A stretch of 64,000 bases of DNA from Felis catus (taxonomy: Eukaryota): NCBI RefSeq assembly GCF_018350175.1, contig NC_058368.1:22694001-22758000 (forward strand), read 5' to 3'. The notes beneath the pieces were generated by a model. The model searched no databases and was not told the origin of the DNA. It saw only the letters and a program-made list of their open reading frames with translations. Positions 38,186 to 49,345 of the stretch are shown here, in pieces (the first letter of the stretch is position 1; every line of letters begins with the position of its first letter). A program made the position numbers and the translations under genes.

Positions 38186-38410
38186 GGGTGCCTGGGTGGC
38201 TTAGTGGGTTAAGCGTCTAATTTTGGCTCAGCTCATGATCTCGGGTTCATGGGTTCCAGCCCCACACGGGGCTCTGTGCTGACAGCTTGGAGCCTGGAGC
38301 CTGCTTTGGATTCTATGTCTCCCTCTCTCTGCCCCTCCCCCACATGCACGCAGGCACACACAGTCTCTCTCTCTTTCAAAAATAAACAAATATTAAAAAA
38401 AAAAAAAAAG
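38186..38410 (+). mobile_element. CAN-SINE
   Basis: gggtgcctgggtggcttag head, CT-rich segment, aataaa, A tail. Confidence 0.95.
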
Positions 38411-39174
38411 AAGCCGTGTTGTTTTTTTCGACTATGTCTAAAATCATTTTATTTTGTGGCAATGATTAGTCTTGACTTATGTGAACAGTGACTAATGCAA
38501 AATCTCTACAGTTGCATGCCTCCCATAAAATTTGGGTACTCTGTATTAAAATCCTGGTTAGGTGAAAAGAATATCACGGTAGAATTAAAAGAACTGAGTT
38601 GATGAAGGAAACCTCAAGTTATTAAAATATGAGTTCTGAGGGGGGAAAAAGTAACTTTCTATGTTTTAGTAGATTTACATAATAAGAAGAGTAATGAGAA
38701 AAAAAAAATAAAGCAAACTGAAATGAAATTTAAACTCATAGCACATGACTCAGTGGCAACAATAGAAACCAGATGACAATAATGTATTTGAAGTACTAAG
38801 AGAAAAATGACAACCTACAATTTTATATCAATGTAAACTATCATTTAAAGGTAAGGGCAAAGTGAAGAACCTTTGAAACTAATAAAAACTGAACTTAACA
38901 CTCACAAGTTCTTACTGAGTGATCAACTAAGGGATGTAATTACATCAGGAAAAAATTGGACTATGGGGATGGAAGAAGCAAAGAGATAGTGTGTTGGTAT
39001 ATCCATGAAATATTAACTATAAAATTATTTTAAAATGACCAATTTGAGATGTTTAAAGGTAATATAGACCTATAAAAAGATTACAACATGAAAGATTGGC
39101 AAGCAGGGAGAAAACTGGAAATAAAGCATAAGAAAGTATGTAATTCAGTATGAGGATCAAGATTTCATTAACAT

Positions 39175-39670
39175 TTCAGTTATCTGTTGTGTAGAAATAT
39201 ACCTCAAGTATCAGAGGCTTAAAACAACAATCATTTTCTTTGCTCACAATTCTGTGGTAAATGTTTTTTTCACTCAGTTGTCCAGTACCTGTACTAGTAT
39301 GGCTCAACCACCTGGTACTGGCTGGACCACTCAGCTGAGGTCACATGCTGGGACCTTGGTTCCCATAGTCAGGCCATTTCCTCAGTTCTTTTCTGAATAA
39401 TCTCAAGGCTTCTCACTGTCTATGTGGTTTTTCTGCATGGTCTCTCCATGTGGCTTTCCAGCAGGAGCCAGACTTCTTACATGTAAGCTCAGGGCTCTTG
39501 AGAGTATAAAGGTAGAAGCTACCAGGCCTTTTAAAATCTTAGATTGTGATCTAATATAGCATCGTTTCAGCCATATTCGGTTGGTTAAAGACAAGCCAGA
39601 CCCCAGGGATGGTCATTAAACAAGAACAGGAATACCAAGAGGCATAGTTCAATGTAACAGATTGTCACAA
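39175..39670 (-). mobile_element. MaLR LTR (MLT1H-like) nested in the ancient L1
   Basis: ggcttaaaacaacaatcattttctttgctcacaattctgtg...ccagacttcttacatg...gccatattcggttggt. Confidence 0.75.
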
Positions 39671-40586
39671 TTAACTTCGGAGTTTATTAATAAAGGTCAA
39701 TTATGTGTGCTAAAAATTTAAGGTAATTAATAGAAGAATTAAAATAAAATGCTGAAGGACCAAGAAAGCTCAATAAATCCAATATTAGAGAAAATCTATA
39801 GTAATAGGGTAGAACAAAAGCAAAGCAAGGTAAATGCAAAATAATAAGGCATCAGAAATAAAACCAAATATGTCAGTACTTACAATACATATAAATGGAT
39901 TAAACTAGCTTATTAAAAAACAGAACTTCACTGATAAAATGTTTAAAATCCAGTTCTATACTCTTTGTTAGGAATCACACTCAAATCATAAGGACACAGA
40001 AAGGTTGAAAGTAAGACAAAGAACAAGACAGATACAACAAGTAAATACTAAGCAAAACAAAGGAGATGTAGTTAAAGCAACATTGGACAAAAGAGACTTT
40101 AAGTCAAACTTTACTTTTAATGATAAAATGGATTGGTACTTGATAATAGAAATAATTTATCAGAAGAGGTAACAATCTTGACTCTGTATGCAAGGAACAA
40201 CATAGTCTTAAAAACATATTTTTTAGAAAGGAAAATTTGATAAAATATCAGAATAGATGAACGAGAAGATAAAGAGAAGAGACAGAAAAAAAATAGAAAA
40301 TGTGAACAATAATATTGAAAGGCTTAATATAATGAGTATATGAGTCACTGCCCCCAATAATTAAAGTTCTGAATACACATAGAGAATTTATAAAAAACAA
40401 AAAACAAAAAACAAGCACTGAGGTAGGCCACAAAAGAAGTCTTAAAAAGTACAAATGTTCAATAGCATATAGATCACGTTGACCACAAAGCAATAAAATT
40501 AGAAACTGAAACTTAAAGGTAGCCTGAAAATAGAAGAGTCATAATTAAATTTAAGATGTGTTTAGACCTGATAATGATATTGCATT

Positions 40587-40787
40587 AAAAAAAAAGTCTC
40601 GATTTTTCAGAGAGAGATAGGAAGAGCATGCGAGAAAAGGGAGGGAGCAGAGAGAGGGGACAGAAGATCCAAAGCAGGCTCTGCACTGACAGCAGTGGGC
40701 CTGATGCAGAGCTCAAACTCATAAACCATGAGTTCATGACCTAAGTCAAAGTCAGACACTTAGCCAACTGAGCTGCCCAGGCACCAC
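40587..40787 (-). mobile_element. Older CAN-SINE
   Basis: TSD atgatattgcatt / atgatactgcatt. Confidence 0.9.
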
Positions 40788-40815
40788 ATGATACTGCATT
40801 TTAAAACCTTTGAGA

Positions 40816-41047
40816 GGGGCGCCTGGGTGGTGCAGTCGGTTGAGCGTCCGACTTCAGCCAGGTCACGATCTCACGGTCTGGGAGTTCGAGCCCCGCGTCA
40901 GGCTCTGGGCTGATGGCTCAGAGCCTGGAGCCTGTTTCCAATTCTGTGTCTCCCTCTCTCTCTGCCCCTCCCCTGTTCATGCTCTGTCTCTCTTTGTCCC
41001 AAAAATAAACAAACGTTGAAAAAAAAATAAATAAATAAATAAATAAA
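40816..41047 (+). mobile_element. Young CAN-SINE (Fc1-like)
   Basis: Perfect 14-bp TSD taaaacctttgaga at 40802-40815 and 41048-41061; CpGs largely retained. Confidence 0.97.
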
Positions 41048-41469
41048 TAAAACCTTTGAGATATAACTAGTGACACGTAAGGAAAACTTATAGTCTTAAC
41101 TGTCTACGGTTTTTAAAAAGATTGAAAATAAATGAGCTAAGAGTTCAATCAAAAGTTAGGAAAAAACAAGAGAGTAAACCCCTCCAAATTAGAACTATGT
41201 AAAGGCTAATAAAGTGTATGCGAACCTCTCACAAAACTGATCAAGAAAACACAAAGAAACCATATTAAAAGTCAAAGAACTACTATAAAATTTTTTAAAA
41301 TAAATTATATAAATAAAATAAATTATATATAAATTTTATAATAATACATTTAAAAATTTAGTTTTAATAGATTTTGGTTAAATGTAAGCCATTCAAATTA
41401 TCTCAAGGAGAAATAAAAACGTGGAACAGGTCTATACCCAGAAGTAATATTTTAAAATATTTGACAACT

Positions 41470-41685
41470 GGGGTGCCTGGGTGGATCAGTTGGTTAAGCG
41501 TCCAACTTCAGCTCAGGTCATGATCTCCCAGTTTGTGGGTTCAAGCCCCGCGTGGGACTCTGTGCTGACAGTTCAGAGCCTGGAGCCTGCTTTGGATTCT
41601 TGTCTTCCTCTCTTTCTGCCCCCGCCCTATTTATGTTCTCTCTCTCTCTCTCTCTCTTGAAAATAAATAAATATTTAAAAAAATT
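41470..41685 (+). mobile_element. CAN-SINE
   Basis: TSD aaatatttgacaact on both sides. Confidence 0.96.
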
Positions 41686-41908
41686 GAAATATTTGACAAC
41701 TGATGTAGGGCAAGCAGTGGTAAAACCAAAGGACAACTAATAAGTCCAAACAGACAATTGTTGAAAATAACCAAAGTAGGCTTACCATGCATACTAAATT
41801 ACTACCAATCCCCTTCATCTCTGTTGAAGAATATAAAATGTTTCAGATACAAAATATTTCAGGTAATAAAAAAAGAAGAAGAATTTCCCACATTAGAAAG
41901 AGGCAAGA

Positions 41909-42123
41909 GGGGCGCCTGGGTGGCTCAGTCGGTTAAGCGTCCGACTTCCGCTCGGGTCACGATCTCACAGTTCGTGGGTTTGAGCCCCGCGAGGCGCTCT
42001 GTGCTGACAGCTCAGAGCCTGGAGCCTGTTTCAGATTCTGTGTCTCCTTCCCTCTCTGCCCTTCCCCTGTTCACGCTCTGTCTCTGTCTCAAGAATAAAT
42101 AAACATTAAAAAAGAAATTTAAA
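41909..42123 (+). mobile_element. CAN-SINE
   Basis: TSD aaagaggcaaga at 41897-41908 and 42124-42135. Confidence 0.96.
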
Positions 42124-43822
42124 AAAGAGGCAAGAAAGTATAAGAAGAAAAATTTGTGTGCAAGCTTAGTTATGAATATGGATGCAAATGTCCCAAATAA
42201 GATATTAGCAAATGGAATTAATTAAGCAACGTGAATAAAAACTTATCATGACTAATTTGGGGGTATTCCAGGAATATAAGGGTAGTTTAAGTCATGAAAC
42301 CCTATTAATGTAATTTGCCACATTAATAAATTTTAAAAATATATGTGATAATCTCAATATATGCTCCCAAAATTTAACCAAATTCAACATTTGTTAACAA
42401 ATGTTAACAAAAAAGAACACTTTAGAAATCAGGGTGAGAAGGGAACTTTTTTCAACTGATAAAGGATATTTATCAAAAATGTGCTACAAATATCATACTC
42501 AGTGGTGAAACATTAGAGCATTTTGTTTCAAGTCAGGAACATAACAAGGATGTTACCATTACTATTTCCATTCAACTTAGTTCTAGAGGTCTTAGCCAGA
42601 GGTAGAAATGAGAAAGATAAATGAAATGCAAGGGAAAAAAATCATTTCCAGAGATTTGGATGGTCTACACAGAATATCCAAGAGAATCTACAAAGAGTTT
42701 AGCAAGCTAATATGTTACTTGAGCAATATTAAAAATTCAATGGTATTCTAGTACACTAGCAACAACCAATTAGAATGTAATTTTAAAAATCATTCCATTT
42801 ACAAAACAACCTAAGAATACAATAACATAAAAAGTATGAAAGACATTTATGAAAACATTATAAAGTATTATATAGTAACATAAAAGAAGACTTAACTAAG
42901 TGGGGAAATAGACTGTGCTCATGTTTGGGAAGACCCAGAATCACACAAATGTCAGTTCTTGTCCCAAATTAATCTACAAATTCAGTGGAAATCCAAACAA
43001 ATTTTCAGGAGACTTTATTTTGGGCTTTGACAAGCTGAGCCTAAACTTCAAGTGAATAGTAAAGGGCCAAGAATAGCTAAGAAGATTTTGAAAGAAAAAA
43101 ATATAAGATGGGTGAAAAAAAATAGATTAAAAGGTATCTTTCCAGATATCAATACTTATTATAAAACTAAATAAAAAAAAAACAACAATGTGGCATTGGC
43201 AAGGAGACAGAAAAATAGACCAATTAACCAAGAAGAAAATGTCCAGAAAAAGAGCTTGCAAGTGTGGAAATTTGGTACATGACAGAAGTGGCATTACAAC
43301 CCAGTGTAATAAGATGTCCATTCAATAAATGATGCAGGAGCAGTATGTTACCATATGGAGGGAAAAGGTTAGACCTTCATTGTGTACTGTATACATATTC
43401 AACTTCAGATGGATTAAAGGCTTAAATGTGAAAAACAAAACTTCAAGACTTGGAGGAGACAGTGGAGAAGAATGTCTTTCTGACCACGAGGTAGAATGAA
43501 TTCCTACACAGGATTCAAAAAGCACAAGTCACAAGTCACAAAAAAAATATATAATTAGAGTGTTCTAAAATATATAATTAGAGTGTTTTCAAATTTAAAA
43601 CCTCTGTAAAACAAGGCATAATGGAAAACAGCCCAGAGATTTGGAGCATATACTCACAATGCATGTATTTAATAAGATTCAGTAGTCAAACTCTTTGAAG
43701 AACTTTTAGAAATCAAGAGAGAAAATGTCAAATAATTGTTAAATAACTGGGAATTATATAAAGAGTAAATTCAAAAAAAATGAAGACCTGAATGGCCAAT
43801 TAATATAAATACAAATAAATAT

Positions 43823-44046
43823 GGGGCGCCTGGGTGGCGCAGTCGGTTAAGCGTCCGACTTCAGCCAGGTCACGATCTCGCGGTCCATGAGTTCGAGCCC
43901 CGCGTCGGGCTCTGGGCTGATGGCTCAGAGCCTGGAGCCTGTTTCCGATTCTGTGTCTCCCTCTCTCTCTGCCCCTCCCCCGTTCATGCTCTGTCTCTCT
44001 CTGTCCCAAAAAATAAAAATAAACGTTGAAAAAAAAAAAAGGAAAA
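43823..44046 (+). mobile_element. Young CAN-SINE (Fc1-like)
   Basis: Perfect TSD ataaatacaaataaatat; CpG-rich head gcgcagtcggttaagcgtccgacttcagccaggtcacgatctcgcgg. Confidence 0.97.
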
Positions 44047-44451
44047 ATAAATACAAATAAATATAAATGATATAAAATATAAATACAAATTGGTCAGTAA
44101 CCAAAGAAATGCAAATGAAAACAAGGAAACATCTGTTCAGGTTCATCAGATTGGCAAGATTGGTGATGGTGCAAATTGCTTGTTGGTCAAGATGGAAAAA
44201 TTCTCATACAACGCTGGTAAGTGGAAATTGATGCAAACACTTCGAGAAATAATTTGGCATCGTCTGATAAACCAGAAGTTGTGCGTACCCGAAGACCTAC
44301 TATTTCTACTTTTCAGTAGATAACCTAGGGGAAACCTTTGCACTTGTACTTGAGGAGATATATAATTGGATTTCCATTACATCATTGCTTGCAATAGTGA
44401 AATTTAAAAAAATTTAAATGTCCATCAACTGGAAAATAGGTAATTGTGGTA

Positions 44452-44509
44452 TTTGGTTGAATCATATGAAATTGCTGCTATTCAACTATTTTGACATTGT
44501 TCAATCTAA
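44452..44509. mobile_element. MADE2-like mariner MITE, internally deleted
   Basis: ggttgaatcatatgaaattgc...gttcaatctaa resembles recalled MADE2 inverted termini. Confidence 0.65.
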
Positions 44510-45344
44510 AACTTTATGAAACTGAATATTACATAGGAGCTGAAATGAATGAACTACATGGCTAAATCTCAAAAATAGTGAGGGAAAAAAACCATGCTAT
44601 AATATATATGGTATGGTCACAAACACACTTGGGCAAAAATCGACTTTTTAAAAATAGAGTATCTACGCATAACAATAACTAGAAGGGTTTTAAAAATTCA
44701 GAACTTTTTAAAGATGACAAAAGGACTTGTTGAGGACCATATGCTCTTATACTCACATTGAAAGTAGAAATTCCCCTAAAGGAAACCAAGTGCTGTTGGA
44801 ATAAGAGAATGAACACTGGGTAGCCAAAAATTTCAAATGTCCACTGTACCATCCTAGTTCCTTACTTTTATTTTAATTTATTTCTTACTTACTAGTGATC
44901 CATTACTGGTTATTAATCCAAAAAGAAGAGAGTAAATAATTTTATGCAGAAGACCAGTAAATCTCCAGAGCTAGGGAAAAAATGTTATTAACTGAAAAAT
45001 TTATTCCAACATTTTCCACTCATTTCTTAGAAATTTCTATTCATATCATATCAATACTAAACTTGTTTTAAGTAAAGATTAAGATTGGTAAATTCACCTC
45101 TGTTGCTCCCTTTGTTTTCTTTGCTCATGTGGTTAATGATCTATGCATGAAATTTTAAAAGTTATGTTCTAGTTCTTAGTGATGTAAAGGGAAAATGCAA
45201 CAGTACCACCACAAATGTGAATGAAATTTTATTCATATCCAAAAATTCATTATTTGTTCCCTATCATATGTATTTTACAAATCTGAATTTCTTAGCATAG
45301 AATTCAAGGCCTTCTTGATATTACCTCAATAAAGTAGGTGATGT

Positions 45345-45770
45345 CTCTATTAGTATCAATTAAAATAGGTTCAGCTACCACATGCAGAGAGCTCTTAAGA
45401 CAGAAGCTGGTACGACAACTCTATAATTATCAGAGACCCAGGCTCCTTCTAACTTTTTGCTCTGCCATCTTAAACATTTGACTTTTACCTGTGGTCCAAG
45501 AGGTCCACATATGCAATCTGGACAGCAAGAAGGAAGAAAAGTGTAGGAGAAGGCATATCCCCCAACTCTAAGGACACTTTCAGGATATATATCACCTTAT
45601 GCTTACATCTCATTGTCCAGAACTTAGCCATATCCTACACATAGCTTCAAGGGCAGCTGGTAAAAATAGCTTTTATTCTAGGTAGCCAGAACCTATCTAA
45701 ATTTGAGGGCTTATTGCTGAAGAAAAGGACAGTTAATATTGTGGGGACAACCAGTAGCTTCCACCATACC
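45345..45770 (-). mobile_element. Old MaLR LTR (MLT1J/K-like)
   Basis: atcagagacccaggctccttctaactttttgctctgccatc...cacatagcttcaagggcagctggtaaaaatag. Confidence 0.7.
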
Positions 45771-46150
45771 ATCTTCATCCTTTCCTCTTCTCCTCCAACT
45801 GAGGGAATAGTAATTTGATTCTAGAACTAATCCTGGGTCAAGATTACTTTTCAGCAGGACCACTATGCACTAAGGTTTCATGAATGGATGCATGGATGTA
45901 GCCATTTCTTGGATGATCTGCTCCATTGTTTCTTGCATACAGCTGAACTGGTAAACTGATCAAAACTTGGCCTAAGGGATGACCCAAGCATTTCTATCCC
46001 TGGACTCTTTCTCTTCATTTACAAATGTTTGAGCACATTCACTATTTTCATGACAGCAGTTGGCTGATGGCTTGCTTTGGCCACACAAGGGCTGTGAATC
46101 ACATTCTATTTAACCAGGAAGTCATGCCTTAAGGATTATGGTTTGAGACC

Positions 46151-46640
46151 ACACTTGAACCCCAATGTTTATAGCGGCACTTTCAACAATAGCCAAATTA
46201 TGAAAAGAGCCTAAATGTCCATTAACTGATGAATGGATAAAGAAATTGTGATTTATATATACAATGGAATACTACATGGCAATGAGAAAGAATGAAATAT
46301 GGCCTTTTGTAGCAACGTGGATGGAACTGGAGAGTGTTATGCTAAGTGAAATAAGTCATACAGAGAAAGACAGATACCATATGTTTTCACTCTTATGTGG
46401 ATCCTGAGAAAATTAACAGAAGACCAAGGGGGAGGGAAAGGAAAAAAAAAGGTTAGGGAGGGAGGAGCCAAAACATAAGAGACTTTTAAAAACTGAGAAC
46501 AAACTGAAGGTTGATGCAGGGTGGGAGGGAGGGGAGGGTGGGTGATGGGTATTGAGGAGGGCACCTGTTGGGATGAGCACTGGGTGTTGTATGGAAACCA
46601 ATCTGACAATAAATTTTATATTAAAAATAAAATAAAATAA
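46151..46640 (+). mobile_element. 5'-truncated felid LINE-1 (same 3' type as 35107-35531)
   Basis: Closely similar to 35107-35531; (AAAAT)n tail; no clear TSD. Confidence 0.93.
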
Positions 46641-47257
46641 ATTGCTACATTGGTTTTAGTTTTAAGGAAAAAGCACTTGAAATAGAAATTAGAATCTCAA
46701 GAAAATACTCAAATGATATAAGATGGTAGCTAAATTGTTTATGTAACAGAAGGAACCAAAGGATCTGCAGGTTGTAAGGTAGAAGAATCAGAAGGGAACC
46801 ACCTCCATTAGGAACGGAGAGACAAGAAACCCCTACGGCAGTTTGTTGGCTATGTGCTGTGGATATATCTTGTCAACCTGTTCTTTTTTTCTCTTCTGTG
46901 AAATATTTAGGAAACTTTACATTGTTAACAAGGATTTGTATGAGTAAATTCATGATGGGGCTCAAAGATGAGTGTTGAATGCATGGTGTGGAGAAATAGA
47001 AATTGACCAGCAAGATGGTCTAAGAATGCAACTTCTGAGTCAGAAGAAAATTATGTAAAGAACTTAGTTTAGTCTGATAGCTTTTATGCCCAGTTCATGA
47101 CAGAATACGTTTCTAGATTTCTAAAAATAGGATTAATATGTCAACAATTGTTCATATTTAATGAACTACCAAAATTCAAGTTGCAATACAAAAAAGATGT
47201 TTCAATGTATGGTCCCATCAACAGTACATAAGAGTTCCTGTTCCCCACACCTCACCA

Positions 47258-48225
47258 TTAGCCATTAGGGAAATGGAAATTAACACCACAATGAGATACT
47301 AGCACATACGTATCAGAATGTCTAAAATTTAAAAGACTTGCCATATTGGGGAAGACATGGAGAAACTGGAATTCTAAGATATTGCTCATGGGAATGTAAA
47401 ATGGCTTATCCACTTTGGAAAAGATTTTAATAACTTTTATTCCTACTGTGTGATCCAGCCATTCTACTCCTAAGAATTTACTTAAGAGAAAAAGAACTGA
47501 GGGGCCTGGTGGCTCAGTTGGTTGGGAGTCTGACTCAATTTTGGCTCACGTCATGATCTTGTGGTTTGTGGGATCAAGCCCCACATCAGGCTTTGTGCTG
47601 ATGGCAGGGAGCCTGCTTGGGATTCTCTCTTTCCCTCTCTCTCTGGCCCTACCCTGCTTGTGTTTTCTCTCTCTCTCTCTCAAAATAAATAAACTCTTTT
47701 TTTTAAAAAAGAGAAAGGGAACTGTATATATCCATACAAAAGCTTAAACACAAATGTTCACAGCAGCTTTATTTGTAAGAGCCCCAAACTAGAAACAATC
47801 CAAAAGTCCATTAACAGGTACATAGATAAACAAGTTATAACCATACAACAGAATACTAATGAGCAAAAAAAAAACCAGGAATGAACTATCAATACATACA
47901 ACAACATGGATGAATCTCAAAATCATTATGCTAAATGAAAGAAGCCAGATTAAAAAAAGAGTACATACTGTGTATTATCACTTATATAAACATCTAGAAG
48001 ATATAAATAAACAAAGTAGATGGGTAGTTTTTTGGAGAAAGGAACAGTGAGGAACAGAGGTGATGAGATTGCAAATAGGCACGAGGAATCATTTGAGAGA
48101 AACACATGTTCATCATCTTGAACATGGTGATAGTTGCCAGGGTGTGTACACATGTTAAAACTTGTCAAATTGTACACTTTAAATATGTGCAGTTTAATGT
48201 TTGTCAACTATATCTCAATAAAGCC
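47258..48225 (+). mobile_element. Old L1 3' end (L1MD/ME-like), split by a SINE
   Basis: ccattagggaaatg...caccacaatgagatac...atggatgaatctcaaaatcattatgctaaatgaaagaagccaga...tcaataaagc. Confidence 0.85.
47501..47708 (+). mobile_element. CAN-SINE
   Basis: TSD aagagaaaaagaactg / aagagaaagggaactg. Confidence 0.93.
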
Positions 48226-48684
48226 CTGTATGTATATATGCACATACACATATACATGTAGACATATATTATACATATATAAACATAATATTATGCCTCA
48301 ATAAAGCTGTATACATAGTGATTGATAGATTGATAGACTGAGTGCTTACCATATGCTAGGCACTGTTTTGGATGTTGAAAATTCAGTTGTGTCAATTGAA
48401 GTCCCTGGACTCAATGGAACTTTCCTTATAGCAGAAAGACATTACTCACCTTCTCTCCCAAAAGCAAATAACTATATAATAATAAATAAATGAGCCACCA
48501 ATAATTTTCCTTTTCTCTTCCAATGAAGAACAATATAAATGAAAATGGCAAAACTCAGTGTAACAACAAAATACTCATTTTTTTTCATAATATTGGAAAC
48601 AGACTGCTACTTTAATTGTTAAGGTTCTCAAGTACAAACTATTAACCAAAGGTTAAGTACACCTTTCCTCAAAAAAATCTGTTT

Positions 48685-49040
48685 ATCTAAACTTACTTCT
48701 AAATACCTTCTGGGCTAAAGAGGAAATGAGAATTGAAATTTTGTATTTCAGAAATGATAAAAATGAGAACATCCTGAGGGATGTAGTCAAAACAACACCC
48801 AGAAGAGAACTCATGGCCTTAAATACATGTACTTAGAACACAGATGATCTAAGCATTGACCCATGAAGCTAGAAAAAGAACAACATAAATTCATGGGCAG
48901 TTGAAGCAGATTAATAAAAATAAAAGTAGAAAATGATAAAATAGGAAGAAAAGTAGAATTGATCAACAATACTAAAAGCTGATTATTTAAAAAGAGCAAT
49001 AAAACAGACAAACCTATGAGAAGTCTAATAAAAAGAAAGC
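48685..49040 (+). mobile_element. Ancient L1 ORF2 fragment
   Basis: tacttctaaatacc...gaagctagaaaaagaacaaca...gatcaacaatactaaaagctgattattt. Confidence 0.7.
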
Positions 49041-49084
49041 TGAGAGAGGAACAGAGAGAGAGAAAACCTGTTAGATGTTAGATT

Positions 49085-49345
49085 CAGGCACCCCTTGACT
49101 TGAAACCCAGTTCATTTTGAGCAAGTTACCTGACCTCTTGAAGCTTGTTTCTCATTCATAAAATGAGGACAGTGACAAGGTGCTTATCTCATGGGATTGT
49201 TATGAGGATTAAATTAGGTCATATGTACTTTGCACAATGCCTTACACATGATATGTATACAGTAAATATTATCCTTATGATTATGATTAATTGTGCCCGG
49301 TACCTGGTACATTGCAAGTACTCAGTAAATGTTAGTTCCTTTTCT
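49085..49345 (+). mobile_element. MIR
   Basis: ttgagcaagttacctgacctc...tttctcattcataaaatgagga...gttatgaggattaaat. Confidence 0.78.

Larger units (their letters stand above)
38740..44620 (+). mobile_element. Long ancient L1 (L1ME-like): ORF1 end, ORF2 and 3'UTR, with many nested insertions
   Basis: ORF1-like caacctacaattttatatc...aaactatcatttaa; ORF2 start-like gtacttacaatacatataaatggattaaac (~39875); RT-region caggaacataacaaggatg; 3' aaatgtccatcaactgga. Confidence 0.78.

Noticed and set aside
43523..43587. Short tandem duplications (cacaagt repeats; aaaatatataattagagtgtt twice)
   Set aside because: Ordinary slippage duplications inside a decayed L1
43823..43910. tRNA-like A/B boxes in SINE heads
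   Set aside because: tRNA-derived CAN-SINE heads followed by (CT)n and A tails, not tRNA genes
47205..47405. Apparent inverted repeat
   Set aside because: A short minus-strand L1 scrap adjacent to a plus-strand L1 covering the same consensus region; too diverged to suggest a functional hairpin
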